Origin: Malacoraja senta
Taxonomy: Eukaryota
Direction: 5' to 3'
NCBI GenBank assembly: GCA_038087875.1
Contig: CM075988.1
Span: 27,406,001 to 27,466,000 of the forward strand
DNA: 60,000 bases
This document shows positions 41,641 to 53,861 of this stretch, in pieces (the first letter of the stretch is position 1; the number at the start of each line of letters is the position of its first letter). Both the position numbers and the translations under genes were made by a program. The notes below the pieces were generated by a model. The model made no database searches, had not been told where the DNA came from, and was given only the letters and a program-made list of their open reading frames with translations.

Positions 41641-42470
41641 TTTTATGTCTATCTAAGGAAATTGAAATGCATTCCAGTGCCAATAGTGTGACAAAGCAAG
41701 TAGAAAACAAAGGTCACACCACCAAATACCAATGACCTGAGAGACAAAGAATGATTAACTCAAACTGGATAAACACCCAAGGAGAAGGAGCAGAGGGGAG
41801 TTAACTGGATAGCCCTTTTTTTTTTTTAAACCCTGCACTCTGCAGAAAGAGCAGAGGGGAGAACTGGATAGCTCTTTAAAACAAACAGCACAGGAATGAA
41901 GGACAAAATTGCCCTTTATCGGCACGATTCTGAATAGAAAACCATTCTAATTAAATAGGGGCAAAGGAACTTCCCATTAAATTCAGTATACAGCAGTGAG
42001 CTTCTTCATTACTCCCTCGACAGATGCAGCAAATGACAACATTTGTTACACATGCTATATTTCAATCACAAAATTAAAACTAAATAGTTTGGTATTCATC
42101 TCAGGCCTGGCGGCCCATGCAAAAGACCGTTGAATCCAGCTCACAAATTTGATTGCTATTAAAAGATAATCTGAAATTGAAGAAAACCACCAGATGCTTT
42201 CATCCCACGACTTGAATCCTTTTCAAATATCAAGCAACATGAGCACTCACGTCTGCCCCAAACTTTACCACTTCAATAAGCAAACTGGATAAGAAGCACT
42301 GGAATTTGTTATTAAGACCGAGAACTCTTGCTCTCATCTCCACCATCCCTGCCCACCAGATCATAATTTCCTCCAGAGGGCCACTGACACCTCTTCATTA
42401 AAAATATATTTTGAAAATGAAGTTTATTGCAGGATCAAGACATACTTTTTCACAAACATGATTCACTCAC

Positions 42471-42537
42471 CATGACCTGCCTTTGAAGATTATCAGGTGT
42501 AGAAAATGATCTCTGTACATTTTGTGGAGTTGCAAAT
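42471..42537 (-). CDS. RBM7: RBM7 coding exon 4
   Basis: Strong acceptor tttccctttttccttcccccttggtag|, 67 nt. Encodes FATPQNVQRSFSTPDNLQRQVM, matching the RBM7 motif QRSFSSPENFQRQAV. Donor ATG|gtgagt. Confidence 0.9.
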
Positions 42538-43226
42538 CTACCAAGGGGGAAGGAAAAAGGGAAACATGAATACAATGCAGAAAGTAACAGACATCTCAAA
42601 ACTATGCAAGTTCATTCAGAGCAGTACAATTCGCACACAGAATTTCATAACTACTTTTATCAGCATTCTTCCTGTTACCACTGAATGAAACAACTAACAT
42701 GCGTTTTGAACTAATAGCACTCTTCTAATCTCCATAACAAATACACAAGCAAATTCCTGAAGTTAAATTATCCCCATTGCTATAATCAGAAACTGAGAGC
42801 CTATTTTCACCACAGAAATGTACAGTATGAAGTACATTTTGTATCAACCAAAGAATGAAAGTGAATGTTGGTGGATGAATTAACTTTATTAAAACAGAAC
42901 TACAGATAGAACAGGTGAGAAAACAGATAGAACAGGTGAGAAAAAAGTTTGAGGCCAACCTTAATTGGGGTTTTTTTAATTAAAGAAGTCTAATGTCAGG
43001 ACCAGATTTTGCCACAATTAACTATAGTTTTGATTTGGGCACAATAGCATCTGCTATTAATTTTGGACTTGACACCCTAAAGAACCCAAGAGACTAATAA
43101 ACTCTAATTTCTGATAACATTTAAGCCATTATAGAACCAATATACACAATGGATTAGCTGGTTTCATACTTAAATTATAGCAGTATGTAGAATAAAAATA
43201 GCAGAATCACTAAATAAAGATTATAC

Positions 43227-43317
43227 CGATTATTATTGAACTGGCTGGTCTGGTAGGGGCCAGGAGAAGCATTTGAATTCTGAGATTGGCTTCCTTCCCG
43301 AGATTCATGACAACTAC
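43227..43317 (-). CDS. RBM7: RBM7 coding exon 3
   Basis: Polypyrimidine acceptor ttttttgttctcatcctag|, 91 nt, phase 1->2. Encodes (G)SCHESREGSQSQNSNASPGPYQTSQFNNN(R). Donor CG|gtataa. Phases fit exons 2 and 4. Confidence 0.75.
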
Positions 43318-44159
43318 CTAGGATGAGAACAAAAAAGATTTGATTGTAATTCCAAGTACAAACACAATACAATTTAACATTCCCATGTTACATTGAAAAA
43401 ACGATGACAATTCATTTTACCCACACAAAACCAACATTTATACTATTTTTCACAATTTAGCAGCTCAAATTTCCATAATTGGCTACTTTAAATTGCCCCT
43501 AATGTAGCTGGGTGATAGAATCTGAGGAGAGATGATAAAAATGCAAAGAAAATAAAAATAAAATTAATGATTAGTGCATCTGGATGGTTGATGATTTGTG
43601 CCAACTTGGTGGGCCGAACGATCTGTTTCTTTGCTGTATGACACTATAATTCCTGAAAGATAAGCACCATCTAGCTACCTTTCAGGCAAAAGCCAAAAAT
43701 CGAATTGTTTTTCAGGTTAGCTATGACAGCAATATTATTCCACATCTCAGCTGCATTTCTCATACCCGTAATCTCTACCACAGAAAAAGGACAGATGGAA
43801 CAAAATCAACTGCATTCCTCTCAAACTTGCCAACACTGGGCCAAAGTGCTGGAACTCCTTGCACAGTATTTTCACCAGATTCGCTACAGGGATTTTTTTT
43901 CTTAATGCCTAATAACATACTTTGCTTAACACTCAGAATGTGTTTCCATGAACAAGACCCCAGAGAATCTGTGCTAATTTATGGCAGACGCATTACTAAG
44001 AGTGTTGCAGGGCAGAAACTGGGCATGAACCCCTATCCTCCTCAATTAAATCAGACCAGCTACATGCATATTAGTCTATAAGAGGCGGAAGGCTGATATA
44101 TTGTGGCAAATGATTAGCCAAAGACTTTTAGTTATCAATGAGGCACTAGTTGGATAAGT

Positions 44160-45720
44160 AGAATTCTACAGCACAGAAAGAGTCCTTGCAGCTCACCACA
44201 GTCATGTGATCCCTGCCTAATCCCATTTACCTGAAATAGGTCAGTATCCTTCTATAACTATAGGTTTAAGTGCCTATGGAGATGCCTTTTAAATGTTGTA
44301 ATTGTATTCACATCTACCACCTTCTCTGGCAGCTCATTCCCCATAACCCAGTGTGCAAGATGTGTCCCACAGATCTTCCTAACATTTTGCACTCATGTTG
44401 TACACTTTTCTGCCCATGTGAACAAAAATACCAATCTTACATGAAGAGCTCTAGAATGTTAATTTATCATATGTACTAGGAACTGAAAAATGAAATTCTT
44501 ACTTGCTGTTGCTACTTTACAGAACGTTAACACAACAACAATATTCTAATACTCCAATAAATCATCAGTAATAATAGGTATACCTGCAAATGCCCTTCTC
44601 TTTTATAAACTTCTGCAAAGTAATTCCTCAATTTCCTATATTCTAGCAAGTTAACCCAGCCTCTTCAATGTTTCATTATAAGTACAAGACTTCATTTCAG
44701 GTAATTCCTGGTGAATCTCATCTGCACTCTCTCTATTGCTGCATCATTCCTGTAGTTCGGCGACCAGAACTGTCTACAATTCTCCAGGAAATTGATGAGG
44801 CCCACTACACTAGGATAGAAATGTGGAGCTTCACTGTAGTCATGTCCATAATATGCAGGTCATCGATCACCATGACCATCCACTCATCATCCCTCTTTCC
44901 ACTATTTACACCACTACTGTCTCCACGTCTATCTAATAAAACACACTGCACTTCCTCAGCAAGGCTCAGACCTATACCCCAGAGGGAGATACAGAGACAC
45001 CACCACTCTTTCCTCCCTTCAAGTCACACAGATAAACTTCTCCTCTAAATATAATTTTGAGCATGATGAGGACCTTCACGATCTGTTCAATACAGCTAAG
45101 TATGAAGTGTAGTATTCTCGGAAGTTAAGCAAGACTTGCACAGTAAATAGCAGGGCTCTGGTGAGTGTTGAAGGACAGAGAGATGCAAGGATACAAGCAC
45201 ATAGTTTCCTGAAAGATTTGACGCAATTAGGCAGGGTTGTGAATGCAGCGTTGGTAACACACTTAGAGTATTATGCAAAGCTCCGATCACCATTGGAGGA
45301 AGGATAACATGAGCTGCAGAGTAATGAAAAGATTCATTAAAAAAGGGCTTGAATTATAAAGAGAGACTGGGTCTTTTTTCATGGAGCATAAGAGGCTGAG
45401 AGATGATTTTATAGAGGTATGCAAAATCATAAGGTGTATCAGGTGAATGGTTAGTCTTTTTCACTTATTACGAGAGTAAAACTAGATGGCAGAGTTTTAA
45501 GGTGAGAGGGGGAAGATTTTTTTTTAAAGGGCCTGAGGGTCAACTTTTTCCCCATCTGGTGGATATACAGAGCGAGCTACCAAATGAAGTGGTAGAAACA
45601 AGTACAAATATGCTTAAGGCATTAGAGAGAAATGCGAGTAGAAAAGGATTAGAGAGATACGAGCCAAGGCAGATAACACTGGTTCAGGTCGGCAACATGG
45701 GCCAAAGGTGGGATAAGTAA
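44160..45720. mobile_element. Degraded CR1 fragments in RBM7 intron 2 (both strands)
   Basis: Similarity to the other CR1 3' ends in this window. Confidence 0.55.
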
Positions 45721-46202
45721 ATGTATGTGTGGACAGGATGTACAAACAAGGGGTGCCCCCTCTGCTTCCCCTTTGTACTGCCCTCCGTGAGATATAATGG
45801 GCTTCCACTCCATCAGTCTGCACATGAAATAGATCATCATTGTCGACTTTCAGCTTTCACATAGCTTCAAAGCATCACAACATTAGAAACTTGCAGGCTC
45901 AATACAGAGGTAGATATTTTCCAAATCAAGAAATACTAATGTGTCCTGAGGCAATGATTTTATACTAGCTCCGTTTTCAATTTAATTTCCAACACCCAGT
46001 CTCAAATAAAAACCATTGTAATCTCAGGTACTACTTGCATTCTCCAATCAAGCATCCCAATCCCAGGCTTCGGTTTAGTCTCTGTACTTATCAAAACCAC
46101 TACCTTAAAAATTGACTAGTTTCTCCAGAACATTTCGAATTGTTTATTGCATATTTCAAGCACCAAGCAAATATTTTGATTGACCATTATGTTAATTCTT
46201 AC

Positions 46203-46365
46203 CTGATCTGAACTGGACTTTGATTGCCCTGCCATACAACTGGATTCCATTCAGCAAATCCTTCCCGTAATGGACCGACTCCTCGTGCTTAAAATTCACG
46301 AACGCGAACAGTTTTGATTTCCCGTCTTTATCCCGAGGAATTTTTACCCCCATCAGCGGGCCAGC
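46203..46365 (-). CDS. RBM7: RBM7 coding exon 2 (rest of RRM)
   Basis: Acceptor ..taccag|, 163 nt. Encodes AGPLMGVKIPRDKDGKSKLFAFVNFKHEESVHYGKDLLNGIQLYGRAIKVQFRS(G), including RNP1 FAFVNF. Donor G|gtaaga, phase 1. Confidence 0.95.
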
Positions 46366-46998
46366 CTGGTAAACAGAAAACGAATCTGTCAATTGTACAT
46401 TGTGAAACTGCGATTTGTGGGATGCGAGGGCTGCCTCAGAGACCTGGGTTTATGTGTCGTGCGGTTTTGTAGGTAGATTGGCCTCTAAAATTGCCCCGTT
46501 TGTGGAGGAAGTGAATGAGAAGTGGGATAACAGAACTAGTGTGATGATTGGAGTGGACTCGATGGTGGGTCGAATGATCTGTTCCCATTTGTATCTCTAA
46601 ACAAGGGTTAAAGTAGAGTTTTAAATAAAGTGGTTAAAGCCTGTACAACGATTTAATCTGCAGGAGCGAGAATAAAATCCCTCCTGGGAGCCTTTCGGAG
46701 TGTAAATAACCCAAATCCCGCCAGCAGGGCAACGACTCTGCGAGACGGCGTCTGCTTCTGATTAGATGGAAACTTTGCGGGAGTTTCGTTTAAACTGAGA
46801 GCGCCGGTCAAGTTCGCCGCAGAACGAGGGGAGGGGAGGGGATATATCTGAAATCAAGCAATTCGAGGGGGAGAAAAGGGACGAAGTCCACCAGAAAATA
46901 TTACAATCAGCCCGTCCCAGGGTGTCGGCACCTCGGGAGCACAAGGGACGCGGCCGGACGAGGCAGGCCGGCGCCTGAGCAACGACAGGCCTCGATAG

Positions 46999-47126
46999 AA
47001 ACAAAATGCTGGAGTAACTCAGCGGGACGGGCAGCATCTCTGGAGAGAAGGAATGGGTGACGTTTCGGGTGGTGACCCTTCTTCAGACTGAGAGTCAGGG
47101 GAGAGGGGGTGGATAGAGGGGAGAGA
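46999..47126 (-). mobile_element. Short Penelope-derived insertion with intact minimal hammerhead core, in RBM7 intron 1
   Basis: 12-bp TSD AGGCCTCGATAG (46987-46998, 47127-47138). Core CTGAAGA-A-GGGT-CACC-ACCC-GAAACGTC at 47086-47059. Confidence 0.8.
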
Positions 47127-47157
47127 AGGCCTCGATAGGCCGCCCGCCCTCCCTTAC

Positions 47158-47250
47158 CTGGAGGAACAGCTCGAACAGGAGCTCCTCCGTCACTTTAATG
47201 TCCAAGTTCCCGATAAACAGCGTCTTATTCGCATCGTCCGATACCCCCAT
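47158..47250 (-). CDS. RBM7: RBM7 coding exon 1
   Basis: GCAGCCACC-ATG-G Kozak context. Encodes MGVSDDANKTLFIGNLDIKVTEELLFELFLQ (RNP2 LFIGNL), matching the vertebrate RBM7 N-terminus (..RTLFVGNLETKVTEELLFELFHQ). Donor CAG|gtaagg. Confidence 0.95.
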
Positions 47251-47410
47251 GGTGGCTGCAGTCCCCTGCCCGCCCGGCACCCGAGGGTAAAACCAGCCCG
47301 TAAATCCGATTAAGGCGCCTTTTTAAAAGCCGCTTCTTCCCCTTCCTCAGGCCCCGCTTCCGCCCCGCTGGTTTCGTCACCCGGGTACACTTCCGCCCCG
47401 CAAGCCTCCA
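47251..47410 (-). promoter_or_regulatory. RBM7 CpG-rich promoter / 5' UTR
   Basis: CpG-dense. Two GGGGCGGAAG(C/T)G composite GC-box/ETS motifs on the minus strand (~47355-47367, ~47388-47400) lie directly upstream of the ATG exon. Confidence 0.7.
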
Positions 47411-49147
47411 TCTCAGACAACAAACTAAAGTCATCTTCTGTGGTATAAAAGTAATGCTCAATGACCTACTTCACAACTTTTTTGATAGTGTATTTATTAG
47501 TATTTAGAAACTGATATGGAATAGTAGTAGAAATAAGGAACTGCAGATGCTGGTTTACAAAAAAAGACACTCAGTTGGTCAGGCAGCATCTCTGAACAAA
47601 AATGGGATAGGTGACGTTTTGAGTCAGCACACCTACTTTAGACTGACATGCAACAAAATGAAGGTGGTTCGAAGAAGGGTCCCAACCCAAAACATCGCCT
47701 ATCCAGGAACAGAAACCAATTTGTAAAATAGTTTCAAATTATTTTTATTCTCTAGTGGTGGAAATGTTTCCCAACTACACTTCTGCAATGGATAATACAC
47801 GTGGTGATGGAGCCAAGTGAAAGATACCAGTAAAAAAACAGGGAGTACATCAGTTAGAGGCAAGATGATGAGTAAAATCTGAAATTAACAAAAGAAAATA
47901 AACTATGAATTCTGTAAATGTGAAAATCAAAAAGCTAATTATCTGAAAGAGTTGAAGTCAATGTTTAGCCTACAAGATTGTAATGTAAAAGATAATGCAG
48001 TCATAAGACAAGGTATTATTCTTCTGTCTGGAAAATAATGAGAATGACAAATCCAAAGAATCAGATAGATTCAATGCTCAGTGCTTTAACACACATAGGT
48101 GAGGATAATGCTGTTATACTTCTCTTTCAGCTTTACTTTTGTTGCGCTGACTGGATAGCACACAACAAAAGCTTTTCACTGTACCTCGGTACATGTGACA
48201 AACTAAACTAACTTCAGGAACCGCTCTGTTAGACATAAAATTATACATTATACTATTCTTTAGGAAAGAGGGATAAAACTGAATTCTAACAGCGATTTAG
48301 GTGACAAGATGGAGATGCAAAGAAACTAAGATATTAGGCATATTTGAAACAGTCAGACAGATTTTGTAAACAAAAACACACTTCAGTTTGTTGCTTTGCT
48401 GTATATTATATCCAATCTTGAATGATGGTTGACATATAGTCAACTAACCAGAAGAAACTCCAAAAACATCTCCATCCTCAACATAGCAGAGCTAACAGCA
48501 AGGCTGAATTATTCAGAACCACGTTTCGGCAGAAGTGAACACCAGATGATTTATCTTGACTTCTTCCCGAGATTCCCATCATCACAGAAGTTGGCTTCCA
48601 TTCACTCCAAGAAACCGCTGAAAGCACTCAATGCAGCAAAACATATGGGACCAGAGAGCATCCTGGGCGTAGTACTGAAATTTACACTTAAAAACTAGCT
48701 GCGTCTCAAGCCAAGGTGTCATTGTACACTTACAACATTGGTATCCACTCGAGGTGGAAAAACTACCCAGGCATGACCTATTCAGAAAATGCACGACAAA
48801 TCCAATCCAGCTAATTGCCAACAACTCGGTCTACTCTCAATGATCAGTAACATGATGAAAGATACCAAAGACAATATTATCAAACAACACTTACTCACCG
48901 ATAACTCAAATTAGAGATTAACCAGCAGGTTTCATCAGAACCATTGGGCTCCAGACCACATCACAGTCTTGGTTAAAATGTGGATCAAATAACTGAATTC
49001 CAAAGGTGAGCTGAGAGTGAAAGTGAATCAAATTAATGTCTTTTAATCTAAATGTGGACATCGAGCCCTGCTAAAGCTGAAGTCAATAGGATTCAAAGAA
49101 AAAAAACATTCCAGTGGTTGAAAGTTTAAAAGAAACCACACATAAAG

Positions 49148-49242
49148 GTAGACAAAAATGCTGGAGAAACTCAGCGGGTGAGGCAGTATCCATGGAGCAA
49201 AGGAATAGGTGACGTTTCGGGTCGAGACCCTTCTTCAGACTG
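49148..49242 (-). mobile_element. Short Penelope-derived insertion with intact hammerhead core
   Basis: CTGAAGA-A-GGGTC-TC-GACCC-GAAACGTC at 49238-49211, inserted into an old LINE. Confidence 0.75.
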
Positions 49243-49404
49243 AGGAAGATGATTTTGTTTGCGGGTCAAAATCCAATCCCTGAACATCATTATAGGAATT
49301 CTTCAGGGCGATTTCCCAGAGTCAACATCAATGCTTCTTCAATGACCCAACTACTACAGCCACAATTGCCAAGCAATGACGAGAGACCAGCTAACCTTGA
49401 CATT

Positions 49405-49625
49405 CAGCGTAGGAAGGAACTGTAGATGCTGGTTTACACCAAAGATAGACACAAAATTAACATTAACTCAGGGGGGTCAGGCAGTATCACTGGAGAAAAG
49501 GAATAAGTGGTTTCAGGTTAAGACCCTTCTTCAGACCGAGTCTGAAGGATTGCAACCTGAAACATCACCTATTCCTTTTCTCCAGAGATGCTGCCTGACC
49601 CACTGGATTACTCCAGCATTGTGTC
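49405..49625. mobile_element. Palindromic Penelope-derived insertion
   Basis: 12-bp TSD AACCTTGACATT (49393-49404, 49626-49637). Two head-to-head degenerate hammerhead cores. Confidence 0.72.
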
Positions 49626-50499
49626 AACCTTGACATTTAATCGCTTAACAATTGCCAAGTCCTTGACCATCAATAGGCTGAGGATTCCCATTGACCATAA
49701 ACTCAACTAGAACAACCAGATACTGTAACTGTACAAGCAGATCAGAGACTGAGTGTCCCGAGGTGAATGACAACCCAAAGCTTTTCAACCATACACAATG
49801 CAAACGTGGGGAAATGATGGAATACTTTGCACTTGCCTGGATGAATGCAGCACTAATAACCCTCAAGAGCTTGGCATCATCTAGCACGGCAACACACTTG
49901 ATTGGCACTTTGTCCACCACCCTAAACATAATTTCCTTTCATCAACTACAAAATACACTGGCCCAGGTTACTCCAAGAGCACCTCCTAAATACATGATCT
50001 CTACCACTACATAAGGGCACAGAACCTGCAAGTTATTTTCCAGGATGTACACCATCTTCCAGGGGTTATGGGGCGAAGGCAGGGGAATTGAGTTGAGAGG
50101 GAAAGATAGATCAGTCATGATTGAATGGCAGTGAAGACTTGATGGGCCAAATGGCCTAATTCTGCTCCTAGAATTTATGAACCATCTGATTTGGAAATAT
50201 ACATTACTAGACTAAGTGCGACCCGTTGGGTCCCATGTTCACACGGGAGGGCTGGTCCCCCAACACAATATTCCACCTCTCCACCAATTCCAATATTGGT
50301 GGCCAGTGGGGGGGGGGGGGCTTTCTGGAGCGCTGGTATGGGTGTTGTGGGCTAAAGGGACTGGTCTCCAGAGGGCTGGTATGGATATTGTGGGCCAAAT
50401 GGATTCTTGGGGTGGCAGCTCAGACCCTCAAGCCTGATGTGCTGGCAGCTCACTCACGGCTGGTAGGCTGGCAGTTGACTCACGGTTATTCCTTGAAAT

Positions 50500-50805
50500 T
50501 CCATTTCAAGCAGGGTGCAAGGCCACCAGATTCAAATCCATTTTCCTACCATTTCAAACAGGGTGCAAGGCCACCAAATTCATGTGCAGTTTCTTACCAC
50601 TTCAAGCAGGGTGCAAGGCCACCAAATTCAAGTGCAGTTTCTTACCACTTCAAGCAGGGTGCAAGGCCACCGAATTCAAGAGCAGTTTCATACCACTTCA
50701 AGCAGGGCGCAAGGCCACCAAATTCAAGTGCAGTTTCATACCACTTCAAGCAGGATCCAAGTCCACCAAACTCAAGTGCAGTTTCATACCATTTCAATCA
50801 GGGTG
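50500..50805 (-). repeat. 48-bp minisatellite (~6 units) inside Helitron 2
   Basis: Same unit as 33472-34015, on the opposite strand. Confidence 0.9.
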
Positions 50806-51185
50806 AAAGCACCATAAAACCACACAAAACACCACACTCACAGTTCAGTAGACATTCAGTGTGTTCAGTTGATTCACAGCTCAGACAGAGTCGTGACCTC
50901 CCCCTCCCCCATCACGCAGAGACTGAGCCACACCCACACTTCCGGGTTTTATAATCCCCCCCCCCGGAAAAGGTGTGGCATTCATGGCATGATTGACAGG
51001 AGAGAGATTCTCAACATTTTTTAAACACTAATAACACTTTTATTTTTCTTTGATGGGAAGAATCCTCTGCACCTGATGAGCGGAGGGGGACTGAGTAAGA
51101 TGGCCAAAAATCACAGCCGTAAGTGGTAGCGTTTTATCTAAAATCAATATACAGTGCAAACAGGAAGTTGTCAAGTATAGACTTC

Positions 51186-51410
51186 CAACCATTTGCAGTG
51201 TTTTACTTCAACCCAACCCCCACCAACCATTTGCAGTACTTTTACTTCAACCCAACTCCCACCAACCATTTGCAGTGCTTTTATTTCAACCCAACCCCCA
51301 CCAACCATTTGCAGTGCTTTTACTTCAACCCAACCCCCACCAACCATTTGCAGTGCTTTTACTTCAACCCAACCCCCATCAACCATTTGCAGTGCTTTTA
51401 CTTCAAACCA
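51186..51410 (-). repeat. 39-bp minisatellite (~5.5 units) inside Helitron 2
   Basis: + strand unit ACCATTTGCAGTGCTTTTACTTCAACCCAACCCCCACCA. Confidence 0.9.
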
Positions 51411-52300
51411 ACCACATTTTCATATTCAAACCACATTAAGGGCACTCAAGGTCAGTAAAACCACACTCACAGTTTAGTAGACATGTGTTCAGTGTTATTC
51501 ACAGCTCAGACTGAGAGACATGACCCTCTCACTTCCCCCATCTTGCAGAGACTGACTGAGGCACAACACTTCTGGGTTTTATAGTCCCTCCCCCCAGCAG
51601 GGGCAGCAGAGAGAATCTCAACATTTTAAAAACATTAATAACTCTTTTATTTTTCATCGATGGGAAAAATCCTCTTGTCCTGCGCAGCGGAGGGCGATTG
51701 AGTAAGATGGCCAAAAATCACAGCCGTAAGTGGCAGCGTTTTTTCTAAAATCATGAAACAGAAAAACAGGAAGTGGTCAAGATCAGACTTTTAGTAATAT
51801 AGATTGTCAATCCTTTGGTGTTACTGTTTATAATTCCTGAAATTCCTTTTTCAGTGGTACTGTGGCAGTATCATCACCACAAAGACTGCAGGTCAATGTG
51901 GCAGCTCACCACCTTCACAGGAGCAACAAGACAACAAACACAGATATGACAAGCAATGTCTTGATCCTGGAAAATGAATGCAATTAAAATACTGGAATGT
52001 TTACTGATGAGAGAGCCAGTGATGTATAAAAAAAGTCATGTCCAATGAACCAAAAAGGCGTTTATTTTACAAGAGGTTTATAAATAGTAGACAACGGAAC
52101 ATTTATTTATTTAGGCTTCCAGTCAATAGAGTTTGCCACAAGACAGAATTAGCAACACGAAAACTCGTGGAATTGAAGACAAGTTATTGATGTCTGAGAT
52201 ATTGACTGAAGCACAGTGGTGCATTTGGAAGAGCTGCTGCCTCACAGCGCCAGTGTCCCGGACCCGCTAAGTTAGCAGCCCTACATTCCATAGCCTGGTG

Positions 52301-52415
52301 AAAACAAGTTTCCAGACGCGTTAAGCCTCTCGAAAACAAGTTTCCAGACGCGTTTGCTTCTAAAAACAAGTTTCCAGATGCGTTTGCCTCTCGAAAACAA
52401 GTTTCCAGACGCGTT
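52301..52415. repeat. Tandem repeat: 4 x AAAACAAGTTTCCAGA(C/T)GCGTT, period 30-32 bp
   Basis: Units start at 52301, 52333, 52363 and 52394. Confidence 0.9.
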
Positions 52416-53861
52416 ATCTCCTCGCACCTGTGATCCTTGCCTGGGAACGCAGTCTTCAAGGCCATTCTAAGGGAAAGTGTAACATTGGCAAACACAACAT
52501 AACAGCAAAGGTTGGGTAGACCACCCGCACCCCCTGCCGCTAGTAGCGCATTAATGTTGCAGACAAGAGGGGCTTATAATTGTTTCAGGGAGGGGGCAGT
52601 GGCACGGTATGCTCTGATAAGAAATGCCATAAAGATTGGTGTTGGGCGCCCTTTTGGTGTGAGAACTTCAGCCTCGGACTGTGTCGCGAACAGTGCCAGG
52701 TGATCTTGAACGAAACATCCTGTGGCGTGCACTGATAAGTTTGCGAGTCTGTACGGGTTTACGTGAGTGTATGTAGAAACATCCTGCGGCGTCCTCTGCT
52801 GTATACTCGGGGTTTGCGAGTGCGTTCGGGGATAATCGTGGATACATGAGTTTAATGTGCGTTATTTAGTAGTGTAATAAATTACTGAGTGAATCAAAAC
52901 TGTTATCTGACAGTGATTTATCAAACACAACACCGTCTTCGAAAAGTCCATGCTTGGCCTAAAGATATGCAATTTCTCACTTTCTCACTCTGAGGCACTG
53001 GGTCCTGGCAACACTGGATTGATGAAGTAGGGGTCAGCCTGGCCCAGCACAATACCGTTGGCACCTTCCACTGCCACTCCATGCAGCTGCTTGCCCGCAG
53101 ACTCCGTTCAATTCACTCACTCAGCTACTGTGGGGCCTAGCATTGCTGCCGCCACAATCACCAAGATCTGCGACCACATAATCCATCCTTCCAACAGCCC
53201 CTCTGCTTCCTTGTACCATTCGCCATGTCCTGCTTCGCAAGCTGATTACAGAACTTTAGGGAACTTTGCCGGAGCGTGGGAGGCGAGTTTGTGGACCGTT
53301 CACAGTTGTCAATTTTCCCCTTCACCTTCCACTAGCGCTTTGTATGGCGATGGAGTCTTGGATGAGCTACCCTCATTGATAGGACAACACTCATTTATAA
53401 CTGACTGGTGGCACCTCATAGTAATCAGTATTGTGCTCTCAAATATTCATTGCATTTTTCGTCAACTTTGCATGACTGGACAATATTAAGGTAAAGCAAG
53501 ATATTTTTTTTTAATTAATCCACATATCCAAGTTTGCCGATACCACAAAGCATCAAAGATATTAAAAATATAATTGATTCAAATTAGAACAGAAAATGTA
53601 GTACTCTTCACATCGAGAATACAATACTAGAGCTATGCATAGTCCTGGCTCCATGTACTACTGCCCCTTTGTATTGACACAGATATCTTCTGAACATTGC
53701 TGGAACGATGAATGTCATGTTAAATGTGATGCATAAACAGATTTCCATCAACCAACTTTATTAAATTACTCACGATGTATATATAGCTGGATTCGATAAC
53801 ATGATTAAAATTAGAGGTCCTTTATGACAATAAACTTGTTATTGGAAACATATTCATGATT

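Larger units (their letters stand above)
50207..51803 (-). mobile_element. Non-autonomous Helitron, copy 2 (inverted relative to copy 1)
   Basis: Minus strand reads A|TCTATATTACTAAAAGT ... GGGACCCAACGGGTCGCACTTAGTCTAG|T. It interrupts an old LINE whose two halves remain collinear. Confidence 0.88.
48470..51960 (+). mobile_element. Old CR1/L2-type LINE, interrupted by Penelope-derived inserts, a CR1 tail and Helitron 2
   Basis: Degenerate RT-upstream peptide KKPLKALNAAKHMGPESI. The 3' end resumes after 51803. An antisense piece of the same family lies at ~18030-18470. Confidence 0.6.

Noticed and set aside
42902..42943. 21-bp tandem duplication in RBM7 intron 3 containing CAG|GTGAGA
   Set aside because: The donor-like motif is antisense to RBM7. 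A simple local duplication.
32526..51803. Idea that recombination between the two inverted Helitrons flipped RBM7
   Set aside because: Copy 2 sits inside an old LINE whose halves (..CTGATTTGGAAATATACATTA | TTGTCAATCCTTTGGTG..) appear collinear across the insertion, so there is no breakpoint there.
52301..52415. CRISPR-like repeat/spacer pattern
   Set aside because: The spacers are only 8-10 nt and resemble each other, there are no cas genes, and the context is vertebrate. It is an ordinary minisatellite.
53058..53489. 143-aa + strand ORF
   Set aside because: Non-ATG start (TTG) and no recognisable domain.
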